Position numbers and translations under genes: made by a program
Assembly (NCBI GenBank): GCA_963675595.2
Contig: CAXXLZ010000002.1
Coordinates: forward strand, 3,520,001 to 3,584,000
Length of the DNA: 64,000 nt
DNA from: Thermodesulfobacteriota bacterium
GTDB lineage: Bacteria; Desulfobacterota; Desulfarculia; JACQYL01
Direction: 5' to 3'
Notes under the pieces: generated by a model
What the model saw: only the letters and a program-made list of their open reading frames with translations
What the model was told of the DNA's origin: nothing
The model's database searches: none
In this document: positions 40,395 to 50,512 of the stretch, one piece after another
Layout of the letters: every line of letters starts with the position of its first letter
Numbering within the stretch: the stretch's first letter is position 1

Positions 40395-40942
40395 TGGGCG
40401 CAACTTCCGACGTAGGCGGCTCCCGACTCCAATGCCTCGCAATTGAGGCGGAAAAGGTCGGGATTCTTGCCTCCCATGCCGGTTTCCAGGGCCTCTTGAA
40501 TGCTCTTCAGAGAAACTACACCGCATGTTTCCACAAAAGCCCCGAGGATGACCATGTTGGCAAGTTGTTCCCTGCCGACTTTGGACGCCAGTTCCAGCGA
40601 GGGCACGGCCAGACTGCGGATACCGTCGAACACGACCTCTTTCATGTCGATCAAGGAACTGTTCACAATGAGTAATCCGTCTTTTCGAACCCTGGGACCG
40701 AATTTCAACAAGGACGGGAGGTTCAGGACGATGCTGGAACGAGGGCTCTGAATGATGGGTGAACCGATCTCACGGTCCGAGATAACCACCGTGCAGTTGG
40801 CCGTTCCCCCCCGCATCTCGACCCCGTAAACGGGCATGTAGGTGGTGTTCTTGTCTTCCAGCATTGCGGCCGTGGCCAACAGGTTCCCTATGAACATGAC
40901 CCCTTGTCCGCCGAATCCCGCTATGATCGTGTCGTAATACAT
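40391..40942 (-). CDS. 2-oxoacid:ferredoxin oxidoreductase gamma subunit
   Basis: AGFGGQG, YGVEMRGGTANC, NMVILGA. Confidence 0.94.
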   Translation of the reverse strand: MYYDTIIAGFGGQGVMFIGNLLATAAMLEDKNTTYMPVYGVEMRGGTANCTVVISDREIGSPIIQSPRSSIVLNLPSLLKFGPRVRKDGLLIVNSSLIDMKEVVFDGIRSLAVPSLELASKVGREQLANMVILGAFVETCGVVSLKSIQEALETGMGGKNPDLFRLNCEALESGAAYVGSCAQ

Positions 40943-40943
40943 A

Positions 40944-41696
40944 TCAACTCTCCAGGCCGGCGGTGGCGTCCTTGAAGACTCCCAACGGAAAAATCGGGAT
41001 CATAACGTCCTGGACGTGTTTCTTCGCCTTCAATGGGGGCATTTTCCAGTTGGTGGGGCATGCGCTGAGGAATTCGACGAAGCCGAACCCCACGTTCTTT
41101 ATCTGGACCTCAAAGGCCTTGTCCAATGCTTTCTTCGCCTTCATCAAGTGCTTGGGATCGTGTACCGATACCCGCGCGGAATAGGCAACGCCGCCGAGTT
41201 GGGACATAATCTCGCTCATGAGGATGGGGTGCCCCGCTTCTTCCGCCGACCGTCCGTAAGGAGACGTGGTGGTGGTCTGGCCTATGAGCGTGGTGGGCGC
41301 CATCTGCCCCCCGGTCATTCCGTAGGTCGTGTTGTTCACGAAAACTACGGTGAGTCGCTCTCCTCGGTTCGCGGCATGAATGACTTCCGCGGTACCGATG
41401 GCCGCAAGGTCGCCGTCGCCCTGGTATGTGAAAACGAAGTTGGAGGGACGTGCGCGTTTCACCCCCGTGGCCACGGCGGCGGCCCTTCCGTGAGGTGCCT
41501 CCAGGACGTCCACGTCGAAATAATCGTACATGAAAACGGAACAACCCACCGAGGCCACACCGATGGTGTCCTCTCGCAGATCAAACCGGTCCAAGGCCTC
41601 GGCCACGAGCCGGTGAATGATACCGTGATGACACCCCGGACAGAAGTGCATGGGCACGTCTATGAGGGACCGGGGCCGCTTGAATACCTGCTTCAT
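40944..41696 (-). CDS. 2-oxoacid:ferredoxin oxidoreductase beta (TPP) subunit, VOR-like
   Basis: FCPGCHHG, HGRA, YQGDGDLAAIG, NNTTYGMTGGQ, CPTNW. Confidence 0.94.
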   Translation of the reverse strand: MKQVFKRPRSLIDVPMHFCPGCHHGIIHRLVAEALDRFDLREDTIGVASVGCSVFMYDYFDVDVLEAPHGRAAAVATGVKRARPSNFVFTYQGDGDLAAIGTAEVIHAANRGERLTVVFVNNTTYGMTGGQMAPTTLIGQTTTTSPYGRSAEEAGHPILMSEIMSQLGGVAYSARVSVHDPKHLMKAKKALDKAFEVQIKNVGFGFVEFLSACPTNWKMPPLKAKKHVQDVMIPIFPLGVFKDATAGLES

Positions 41697-42751
41697 ACTT
41701 TCCTCTCGAGGGATTGCTTGATCTCCTTGAAAAGTTCGTCCGGCGTGGGGATGGACCCCGGCGGCTTACCATAAAAATCCACGTCCGCCTCTCCCAGAAG
41801 GCTCAGGCGTACGTCTTCCACCATCTGACCGGTGTTGAGTTCGATGGTGAGGAACCGGCGGGTGTTTCTCGCCGCGTCCCGCAAAGCTTTGGCCGGAAAA
41901 GGGAACAGTGTGATGGGCCGGATGAGACCCACCCGGAGTCCGGCCTCCCGAGCCATCTCGATGGATGTTTTGACGATGCGGGCTACGGAGCCGAAGGCCA
42001 CGACGATCAACTCGGCGTGGTCGATGCCGGCGATCTCACACATCACATCATCTTTCATCCGCTCGTATTTGGCGAAGAGCCGCCAGTTATGGTCCGTGAG
42101 CTCTCCGTCGGAAAGGTAGAGGGACTTCAGTAAGCGGGCTTTTCGGTCCCGACATCCGGTCAACGCCCATTCCTTCTCCGACGTTTTGACGGTTCCCGGC
42201 GGGTTCAGCGCCACGGGTTCCTTGATCTGACCCAAGATGGCGTCCCCCAAAACAACCACGGGGTTACGATACTTATCCGCCAAGTCAAAAGCGTGGATCG
42301 TCAGGTCGTAATTTTCCTGCACGGAATGCGGGGCGAGGACCAGAGTACGGTAGTCGCCGTGGCCCCCTCCGCGAGTGGCCTGAAAATAATCCCCCTGGGA
42401 CGGAGCGATGCCGCCCAAGCCGGGACCGCTTCGGCTCATGTTGACGATGACGCCGGGGATTTCACTCCCCGCCATGTAGGAAATCCCTTCCTGTTTGAGG
42501 CTGATGCCGGGGCTCGACGAAGACGTCATCACGCGGACTCCGGTGGCGGCGGCCCCCATGAGCATGTTGATCGACGCGATTTCGCTTTCGGCTTGAAGGA
42601 ATACGCCGCCGACCTTGGGCAACTGGGCGGCCATGAACTCCGGAATCTGGTTCTGGGGAGTGATGGGATAGCCGAAGTAGAACCTGCACCCCGCGTCGAG
42701 AGCTCCCATTCCGATGGCTTCATTGCCGTTCACGAGTTTTCTCTTAGACAA
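41693..42751 (-). CDS. 2-oxoacid:ferredoxin oxidoreductase alpha subunit (VorB-like)
   Basis: GNEA, YPITPQ, QAESEI, TSSSSPGISLKQE, GGGHGDY. Confidence 0.94.
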   Translation of the reverse strand: MSKRKLVNGNEAIGMGALDAGCRFYFGYPITPQNQIPEFMAAQLPKVGGVFLQAESEIASINMLMGAAATGVRVMTSSSSPGISLKQEGISYMAGSEIPGVIVNMSRSGPGLGGIAPSQGDYFQATRGGGHGDYRTLVLAPHSVQENYDLTIHAFDLADKYRNPVVVLGDAILGQIKEPVALNPPGTVKTSEKEWALTGCRDRKARLLKSLYLSDGELTDHNWRLFAKYERMKDDVMCEIAGIDHAELIVVAFGSVARIVKTSIEMAREAGLRVGLIRPITLFPFPAKALRDAARNTRRFLTIELNTGQMVEDVRLSLLGEADVDFYGKPPGSIPTPDELFKEIKQSLERKV

Positions 42752-42762
42752 ACTGCTTCCCC

Positions 42763-42966
42763 CTATTTCCAAACTTCGATGACGACGTCAGGGCACATTT
42801 CAGCGCAAAGGGCGCAGCCGGTGCAGTCTTCAACCCGCACACATTCGGCAACGGGGTAGCCCTGACGGTTGAATCTCTGGGACAAGACCAAACAATTCTT
42901 GGGACAGGTCTCGACGCAGATGCCGCAGCCTTTGCACCTTTCTTCAAAAAACTCCACTTTTGCCAT
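42763..42966 (-). CDS. Ferredoxin-like delta subunit (2x[4Fe-4S])
   Basis: CKGCGICVETCP, CTGCALCAEMCP. Confidence 0.93.
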   Translation of the reverse strand: MAKVEFFEERCKGCGICVETCPKNCLVLSQRFNRQGYPVAECVRVEDCTGCALCAEMCPDVVIEVWK

Positions 42967-43054
42967 GATTTTCACTTTCTTCTTTGCCGGCCGGATCCTG
43001 GACGGAGGCATGAGCCATCGCCCGGAACCTATGGAAATGCGCCGGTTTCCAGCA

Positions 43055-43993
43055 TCAGGCGAACCGGGACGCCAGTTCTTCCACTCCGGCCGGGTCTTCA
43101 ACCTGGTATGCTTCGTAGTGCGTGTCACTCTTTACGGTGCGCTTGAGCAGGTTCGTGAGCACCTTCTTGGGTCCCACTTCCACGAATCGTTCGGCTCCCG
43201 AGCGGAGCATGGTTTCCACACACGAGGACCAAAGTACGGGCTCGGTGATCTGGCGGACCATCAAATCTCGGATAATTTCCGGGTCCGTTTCAAAGGAAGC
43301 GGTGACATTGAAAGGAACGGTCAGGCCGGGTGCGCGAAACTTAGTGGCGGCCACCCGCTCGGCGAAACGTTGCCCGGCTTCCTTCATCAAGGCGCAATGC
43401 CAAGCCCCGCTCACCTTCAGGGGCACGGTTTTCCACCCCTTTTCCTTGAAGGCGGAGGAGGCTTTTTCGACGAGTTCTTTCTCTCCTGAAATCACCACCT
43501 GCTCCGGCGAATTGAAATTGGCCACACTGATGACGCCCGAGGAACGAAAAGGTTCGATGCCTGTTCGAACTTCGTCCAGGCCCACTCCCAAAACGGCGGA
43601 CATACCGCCGGCGCAGTTGTGGGAGGCGGCATCCATGTATTCTCCGCGCAGGTTCACCAGGTTGAGGGTGTCTTCAAGGGAAAGCACTCCCGCCGTGTGC
43701 AAAGCGCAATACTCTCCCAGGCTGTGACCCGCGGCGAAGTCGGGTCGTACACTCCTTTCCAAGAGGCTTCTCAGCAGCGCCAGGTTCACCGCGGTCAATG
43801 CGGGCTGAAGGTTCACCGTCAGGGTCAACTCTTCCAGTGGGCCTTCGAAACAAAGCCGTTTGATGGGCTTCTGCGTGATCTGTTCCGCCAGGTCGAACAC
43901 TTCCTTGGCCGAGGCGTTTGCATCGTAGAGAGTCTTGCCCATTCCCACGAACTGTGAGCCCTGACCGGGAAAAACAAAGGCGACTTTTCCCAT
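43055..43993 (-). CDS. fabD: Malonyl-CoA:ACP transacylase
   Basis: FPGQGSQ, GHSLGEY, VSGAWH, EVGP. Confidence 0.95.
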   Translation of the reverse strand: MGKVAFVFPGQGSQFVGMGKTLYDANASAKEVFDLAEQITQKPIKRLCFEGPLEELTLTVNLQPALTAVNLALLRSLLERSVRPDFAAGHSLGEYCALHTAGVLSLEDTLNLVNLRGEYMDAASHNCAGGMSAVLGVGLDEVRTGIEPFRSSGVISVANFNSPEQVVISGEKELVEKASSAFKEKGWKTVPLKVSGAWHCALMKEAGQRFAERVAATKFRAPGLTVPFNVTASFETDPEIIRDLMVRQITEPVLWSSCVETMLRSGAERFVEVGPKKVLTNLLKRTVKSDTHYEAYQVEDPAGVEELASRFA

Positions 43994-44201
43994 GTGCGCC
44001 TCCTTTTCACTATTCGGAGGGTAGTATATAGTCAGTAGATTCCCATGATTGCAAGTAGAAACTGGCCGGGCCATTCCCTGCAGAAAGCGGTGAGCGGCGG
44101 GGCGGCTTTTTTATTGCCGCGTGGCGGACAAGTCACTATGATGCCTCACACGGTTCGGGCAATGCTCGTTTACCGGTTTCCATCACGGGGAGGTTTTAGG
44201 C

Positions 44202-44378
44202 ATGAAGGAAGAGACCCAAGAGAAAGACGAACGGGAAGTCGATGCGTTATGCCCCGAATGTGGGCACGGCTTCAAAGCGTTCGTTGATCGGCTTCTGCCC
44301 CGCGCCGGAGATGCGCCGGAAGAAGTCGCCGTACATTGTCCGGTCTGCGGATGCAACGACTGCAAGATCGGCAAATGA
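44202..44378 (+). CDS. 58-aa zinc-ribbon-like protein (below the ORF-track cutoff)
   Basis: GGAGG RBS; MKEETQEKDEREVDALCPECGHGF...HCPVCGCNDCKIGK*. Confidence 0.75.
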   Translation: MKEETQEKDEREVDALCPECGHGFKAFVDRLLPRAGDAPEEVAVHCPVCGCNDCKIGK

Positions 44379-44544
44379 CGAACGGATCGGCTGGGGGACG
44401 ACGTCTCGTTACGTGGGAGAAAACACGGCGATGACCGCAAGGCCCGCAGGCTTCCCAGCAGACTTATGATTGCAGAAGGTACCGGCGAGGCGGGATCATG
44501 GATGTGGATAGGTCGATTATTTCGATGAAGTGGGAGCTTCGTTG

Positions 44545-45621
44545 ATGGAAAAGAAGAATATTCTGGTCACGGGCGGCTCGGGATTTATCGGCACCAATTT
44601 CATCCGTTTCGTACTCGAGGCGAGGCCGGGCTGGCGCGTGGTCAATTTGGATGCACTGACTTATGCGGGAAACGCGGCGAATTTGGACGATCTTCCACCG
44701 GGTTTGGCGGAGAGGCTCTCTTTCGTGCACGGGGATATACGTGACGGGGCTTTGTTGGAGCGTCTGTTTTCCCAAGAGGAATTCGACGGGGTCATTCACT
44801 TGGCTGCGGAAAGCCATGTGGACCGTTCCATATTGGGCCCGGAGGCGTTTCTCGAAACCAACGTGCTGGGAACCTTCCGTCTGCTGGATGCGAGCAAGGT
44901 CCACTGGGAATCCAAAGGTCGCCCCGACGGCTTCAAATTCCTCCACATCTCCACGGACGAAGTATACGGCAGTCTTGGGCCGGAAGGGCTGTTCACCGAG
45001 CATTCCCGCTACGATCCATCGAGCCCTTATTCCGCCTCCAAGGCGTCATCGGATCATTTCGTCCGGGCGTTCTTCAGGACCTACGGTCTTCCGGTCAATA
45101 TCACCAACTGCTCCAACAACTTCGGACCCTATCAGTTTCCGGAGAAACTGATTCCTCTGTTCCTGCTGAACATACTGGACGAGAAACCCCTTCCTGTTTA
45201 CGGCGACGGAAAGAACGTCCGTGACTGGCTGTATGTCTCGGACCATTGCGAAGCCCTGCTGACGGTGTTCGAGAACGGCGGGGCCGGCGAGACGTACAAC
45301 GTGGGCGGGAACGCGGAAACTACGAATCTCGCTTTGGTGGAGACTCTTTGCAGAGCCATGGATCGGAAGCTGGAGCTTCCCGAAGATCGATCAAGCGAAC
45401 GCCTGATCCGGTTCGTGAAGGATCGACCGGGCCACGATCGGCGCTACGCCATCGACGCCTCCAAGATTCGAAACGAGTTGGGATGGATTCCCAAACATGA
45501 TTTCGGGTCGGCCCTCGAAGAAACCGTGGACTGGTACCTCGGACACATGGAATGGGTCCGTTCCATCCAAACCGGTGAATACCGCAAATGGATCGAACTG
45601 AACTACGATGATCGAGCCTGA
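44545..45621 (+). CDS. rfbB: dTDP-glucose 4,6-dehydratase
   Basis: TGGSGFIG, AAESHVDRSI, HISTDEVYG, PYSASK, DRPGHDRRYA. Confidence 0.96.
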   Translation: MEKKNILVTGGSGFIGTNFIRFVLEARPGWRVVNLDALTYAGNAANLDDLPPGLAERLSFVHGDIRDGALLERLFSQEEFDGVIHLAAESHVDRSILGPEAFLETNVLGTFRLLDASKVHWESKGRPDGFKFLHISTDEVYGSLGPEGLFTEHSRYDPSSPYSASKASSDHFVRAFFRTYGLPVNITNCSNNFGPYQFPEKLIPLFLLNILDEKPLPVYGDGKNVRDWLYVSDHCEALLTVFENGGAGETYNVGGNAETTNLALVETLCRAMDRKLELPEDRSSERLIRFVKDRPGHDRRYAIDASKIRNELGWIPKHDFGSALEETVDWYLGHMEWVRSIQTGEYRKWIELNYDDRA

Positions 45622-45672
45622 CCGGACGAGTGGTGAAGTACAACGCCGCAGACCGGGTTCTTCGCCGGCCTG

Positions 45673-46716
45673 CTAAACGTTGAATCGAAAATGGATGATG
45701 TCCCCGTCTTTTACGGGGTAGGTCTTGCCCTCGAGACGCACCGTGCCTTGTTTCTTGGCCGCCGCGTAGTTTCCCGCCTCCATGAGGTCTTCATAAGCCA
45801 CCACTTCGGCCCGGATGAAGCCTTTCTTGATGTCCGAGTGGATTTCCCCTGCGGCCTCCAAAGCGGGGGAGCTTTCCCCGGTGGTCCAGGCCTTGACCTC
45901 GTCTTCTCCCACCGTGAGAAAGGTGATCAGCCTGAGCAGGGCAAAGGATCGCTCAATGACGCGATTGACCGCGGATTCCTGAATTCCGAAATCCTCCTGA
46001 AAGCTTCGCGCTTCCTCCTCGGAAAGCTGGGCCATCTCCATTTCCAGCCGACCCCGCACCACCATGGCCTCGGTTCCGGCCAAGTCCCCTTCCGGCAGGT
46101 CCGGATCCTCGTCGTCGTTGTTGAAGACCACCAACAGAGGTTTTGCCGAAAGAAAGGTGAATCCGCGGAGTTCGGGAGCCTGGGAGACTTCGGGGTGAGC
46201 CCTTAAAGGCACGCCTTCGTTGAGCAGTGTCAGGCATTGTTCAAGGAGTTGCTGTTCCGTGGCGGAGACGTCCTTTCCTCTTTTCCGATCCACGGCCAGG
46301 CGTTCCAGGCGCTTCTCCACGGTAGCCAGATCGGAAATGAGAAACTCGTCCTCCAATTCCGATACGTCCTGCAAGGGATGGGGGTCTCCCAGGACGGGAT
46401 GCGGAAAATTCCGCGCCGTCATGAGGAAGGCATCCATGGGGCGCATGTGGTTCAGAAGCAGCGCCATATACTCCTGTTTATTGTCCGTGCTCCCGGGGTT
46501 GCCCTGCAAATCGAGATAGGTCACCTGGGCGAAGGTGGTCTTCTTGGGATTGTACATCGCCGAGAGGCGAACCACTCTATCGTCCGGCACGGGAACCGCG
46601 CCCAGGACGGGGACCGGCTGGCCGCCCGCGGGGACCGATTCTCCCTCTCTCCGGGTCAAGGCGTTGAAAATGGTGGTCTTGCCGGCTTGAGACAGACCGA
46701 CGATGCCGAGTTTCAT
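45673..46716 (-). CDS. YchF/OLA1-family NTPase (divergent)
   Basis: GIVGLSQAGKTT, AGEIHSDIKKGFIRAEV, EGKTYPVKDGDI..FRFNV. Confidence 0.9.
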   Translation of the reverse strand: MKLGIVGLSQAGKTTIFNALTRREGESVPAGGQPVPVLGAVPVPDDRVVRLSAMYNPKKTTFAQVTYLDLQGNPGSTDNKQEYMALLLNHMRPMDAFLMTARNFPHPVLGDPHPLQDVSELEDEFLISDLATVEKRLERLAVDRKRGKDVSATEQQLLEQCLTLLNEGVPLRAHPEVSQAPELRGFTFLSAKPLLVVFNNDDEDPDLPEGDLAGTEAMVVRGRLEMEMAQLSEEEARSFQEDFGIQESAVNRVIERSFALLRLITFLTVGEDEVKAWTTGESSPALEAAGEIHSDIKKGFIRAEVVAYEDLMEAGNYAAAKKQGTVRLEGKTYPVKDGDIIHFRFNV

Positions 46717-46973
46717 GATGCTCTCCAGCGATCAATGATTGGTTGGATGGATTCGTCCTGCCGGAACCTTGCTCTTCCCATCGGCATGCGTCGGACGAGG
46801 AGAATGGGGAGGGCGCTCCGTTCGATGTCCCTTAGGTTCGGCGTGCTTCTCCGTTATCGCTCGGGCGGGCGACCCTTGCGAATGTGCGCCCGGAGAGTTT
46901 CGACGCCGGAGCTTTGAGGCGTGTTCCGCCGACAAGCCGGTCCAGCGAAAGCCGTACCCGGTCATCGTCGGGT

Positions 46974-47585
46974 CTACAAGTCGTTTTCAGTTTCAGCCAG
47001 GGAGGCTTTGGGGATGGTGACGCTGAATATCCCCCGCAGATCCCCCGGTCTGTAACCTACGGCCTCGTCGGCGGGATAGTACGTCTCCAAAGTCCCGGCG
47101 ACACTTCGCGCGATTCGGTCGACGTCTCCGTGGCACAACACACAGAGGCTGCCTACACGGATCGGTGAAAAATATCGCCAAACCAATCCGGCGTCCACGA
47201 TCCGGGGCTCCAATGCCAAACCCTGTGAGTCGGACTGGGCGTATTCCCGAAGAATGTCCTTTTCCAAACCGTCCGGGCGATTTCTGGCGTTCCTGATTCG
47301 CAGGCTGGTGCGCTTGATCTGCAGTCCTGAAACCCCGAGTTCGTCGGCGACTTGAGAGGTAATGTCAAGAGCCTTGCGAGAGCAGATTTCAACGGCGCCC
47401 GCGGGTCCACCGGCTTTCATGGCCGTATGGAGTTCCGCCTTCAGGGACGCCGTCACGGTTTGCGCCGCCAGAGCTCCGATTTCCCAGACTCGTTTCGGAG
47501 GGTCCTCGGCCCGGAGGTTGGAAGCATGGGCAAGGCAAACGACCAGCGCCAAAAGCAACGCTTTGATCATAGAAGCGGCCATCAA
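46974..47585 (-). CDS. DUF3365 (Tll0287-like) periplasmic c-type heme protein
   Basis: Signal peptide, RTSL..RN..N.PD, CVLCHG, YP.D.A.GY..GDLRG. Confidence 0.88.
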   Translation of the reverse strand: MMAASMIKALLLALVVCLAHASNLRAEDPPKRVWEIGALAAQTVTASLKAELHTAMKAGGPAGAVEICSRKALDITSQVADELGVSGLQIKRTSLRIRNARNRPDGLEKDILREYAQSDSQGLALEPRIVDAGLVWRYFSPIRVGSLCVLCHGDVDRIARSVAGTLETYYPADEAVGYRPGDLRGIFSVTIPKASLAETENDL

Positions 47586-47609
47586 AGAGCCCCCAAACAG
47601 CGTAAAGGG

Positions 47610-48702
47610 TCAATAACTCAGAAGATAGGCCTGGATGAAGTCGTCCAGATCGCCGTCCAACACCGCGTCGACGTTTCCTTTTTCCGTGTCGGTGCGATGG
47701 TCCTTCACCAGCCGATATGGCTGCAGTACGTAGGACCGGATCTGGCTGCCCCAGCTGATTTCTTTCTTGTCTTTATGAATCTTCTCCATTTCCTCGGCCT
47801 TTTTCTTCTCTTCCATTTCGTAGAGTCTGGCCTTGAGGACCTTCATGGCGGATTCCTTGTTCCTGTGCTGGGACTTCTCATTCTGGCACGTAACCACAAT
47901 GCCCGTAGGGTAATGGGTGATCCTGATGGCGGAGGAGGTCTTGTTCACGTGTTGACCGCCGTGGCCGCTCGCTCGGAACGTGTCGATGCGGATGTCCTCG
48001 TCCCGAACTTCTATAACGATCTCGTCGTCGATTTCAGGGTACACGGAAACCGATGCAAAGGACGTATGGCGCCGTCCGCCGGCATCAAAGGGAGATATCC
48101 TGACCAGACGATGAATTCCCGCCTCGGCTTTGAGGAAGCCGTAGGCGTTCAATCCTTTGACGATAAACGTGGTGCTTTTCAAGCCGGCTTCGTCGCCGTC
48201 GAGCATGTCCAGGATTTCCGTGGCGTATCCGCGTCTTTCCGCCCAGCGGAGATACATACGAAGGATCATGGAGGCCCAGTCCTGGGCTTCCGTACCCCCG
48301 GCTCCGGCGTTGATCGAAACGATGGCGTTGCGGAAGTCGTCTTGCCCCCGCAGCATGCGCTGCATCTCAAGCTCTTCCAGCTTCCCGTCGAGCTTCTTGG
48401 CTTGGCCGGCGACTTCGGAAAGGGCGTTGAGATCGTTTTCTTCCTCGGCGAGTTCGAACAGGACCTTGGCATCGTCGAACAGTCGGGCGGCTTCGTCGTA
48501 TCCTTCAACGCAGGGCAGCAATTGAGCGCGGATTTTCAGTATCTTTTTGGCTCGATCCTGATTGCCCCAGAACCGCTCTCTGGCCATGATCGAGTCGATG
48601 CGTTTGAGCTTCTTCTTCAGGTCATCGACTTCAAAGACGACCTCGTAAGGAATCAAGACGTTCTTCGATGTTGGTCAATTCGGCTTTCGTTTCAAGAAAC
48701 AT
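47610..48702 (-). CDS. prfB: Peptide chain release factor 2 (+1 programmed frameshift at 48636-48631)
   Basis: ATG at 48702, MFLETKAELTNIEERLDSLRGRL, then CTT TGA A with internal SD GAGGT; continues EVDDLKK...SPF...GGQ. Confidence 0.96.
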
Positions 48703-48970
48703 GGCTTTCCCCTCCTTGAATGATTCTCATGTGCCCCGACGGGCGAAACCGCCGGCGAAGGTCGATGGATCACGATCGGGACTTCAACCCGATGATCGGC
48801 GGTGCCTCGAACTTTCGCGGGACCGCGATTCCACGAAATGGAACGGAGTCCCGAAGACCGCAACGCGCGTCCTGCAATACGAAACGCAGCGGCCGGAGAC
48901 GGTTCCGGCCGAAGTGCGGTCAGGGTTCAAACTGTAAGGCGGAAGATTCATCTCACCCCTCCGACGGGAG

Positions 48971-50512
48971 TCAGGTCGTATCGGCTCTTCCTTTCCGGAT
49001 CGCCTCACGGACGATCAAAATTACTATAACAAAAATGCAGGAAAAAGCAAAAACATCACCGAATCGGGAATAGAAGGTGCGGGATTCCAGAAGGGGCACG
49101 GACGCGCACATGTGCGCGGGAACGAAAATGGGACCCGCTTGAAGCACGCGACCGGAAGCGTGAATGACTCCGGATATCCCCGTGTTGGCCGCCCGAACGG
49201 AAAAACGGCGGTTTTCGATGGACCGAAAGGTGAGCATGGAGAAGTGTTGATAGGGTGCGCTGGAACGCTCGAACCAGGCGTCGTTGGTCATGTTCGCCAG
49301 GAGGTTTGCCCCTTTTTGAGTGGCCGTTCTGGCCAGATAAGGGAAAATGGACTCGAAACAGATCAATGGGCCGACGCGCACGTTGTCGTACTGGAGGACG
49401 CCCCCTTTCTCACCGGAAGCGAAGTCCCCCACTTCCGCAACGATCTTTCCCAGGAAAGAAAACCATTCCTTAAAAGGCACGTATTCGCCGTAAGGCACCA
49501 GGTGGCTCTTGTCGTAGTATCCGAGAATCCGGGATTCCGGACTCATAAGATAAGCTCGATTATATAATCGGATGTGCCCCTCGAGGTCTACGGCCATGGC
49601 CGGACTGCCGAAGAGGAGGTAAACGCCGGTGCTCGCGGCTATCCTGTTGAGACGAAGGCTCAGGCCCTTGTCACGTCCATAATAGAAGGGCGCCGCGGTT
49701 TCCGGCCAAACCACGAGTTCCGCTCCGAGCTCCGCCGTCTCACGGGTAAGCTTTTCATAGATATCCAGTGTCGAATTCTGGAATTCGCGGGCCCACTTCC
49801 GGTCCTGCTCGATGTTGCCCTGTGCGATGCCCACCGAAACACGGGGGGCGGAGAGAGAGGACTTCTCGATCGAGGCGAGTCTGAAGTGGCCGTAAATTGA
49901 AAAAGCGAGAAGCACCAGGCAGGCCGTGATGATTTCTTTGGCGAAGAAACGTTGCCTCAAGGACTCTTTTGAAAAGATAAGATGGTATACGGCGAGATTC
50001 ACCGAGACAATCATGAAAGACACCCCGTAGACACCGAAAATGTCGGCAACCTGGATCAGGGTGAGGCGTGTATAGAGCGAATAACCCAGCAGCTCCCAGG
50101 GGAATCCGGTAAGGAAGTGGGTGCGAAGCCATTCCAGGGACACCCAAGCGGAGGGCGCCGCCAAAACCAGTCCGATTCCGTGAGACGAGGCCCATCGCGA
50201 CGCGAGGCAGAACAAGGCGATGAAGAGGGCAAGGACGGACACCAAAAGCATGAGAATCACGATGCTGAGCAACCATCCCAGGCCGCCGAAATGGCTCACC
50301 ACATGGTAGATCCAATAGAGCAGCGAGGTGAAGTGCACCAGACCCGCCATCCATCCCACCAAAAAGGCCCTGCGGAGAGAAAGCCCTTCCAGAGACTTGA
50401 ACAGCGGGACCAAGGCGACAAAAACAAGAGGATACCATTCGACCTTTGGAAAGGAGAGGGTAAGAAGGACCCCGGACACGGCCGCCAAGAATAGGGAGTG
50501 CATGAGTATCAA
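48971..50512 (-). CDS. lnt: Apolipoprotein N-acyltransferase
   Basis: TGFPW, QGNI, WPETA, KSHLVPYGEY, ICFE, NDAWF, ANTGIS. Confidence 0.96.
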   Translation of the reverse strand: MILMHSLFLAAVSGVLLTLSFPKVEWYPLVFVALVPLFKSLEGLSLRRAFLVGWMAGLVHFTSLLYWIYHVVSHFGGLGWLLSIVILMLLVSVLALFIALFCLASRWASSHGIGLVLAAPSAWVSLEWLRTHFLTGFPWELLGYSLYTRLTLIQVADIFGVYGVSFMIVSVNLAVYHLIFSKESLRQRFFAKEIITACLVLLAFSIYGHFRLASIEKSSLSAPRVSVGIAQGNIEQDRKWAREFQNSTLDIYEKLTRETAELGAELVVWPETAAPFYYGRDKGLSLRLNRIAASTGVYLLFGSPAMAVDLEGHIRLYNRAYLMSPESRILGYYDKSHLVPYGEYVPFKEWFSFLGKIVAEVGDFASGEKGGVLQYDNVRVGPLICFESIFPYLARTATQKGANLLANMTNDAWFERSSAPYQHFSMLTFRSIENRRFSVRAANTGISGVIHASGRVLQAGPIFVPAHMCASVPLLESRTFYSRFGDVFAFSCIFVIVILIVREAIRKGRADTT

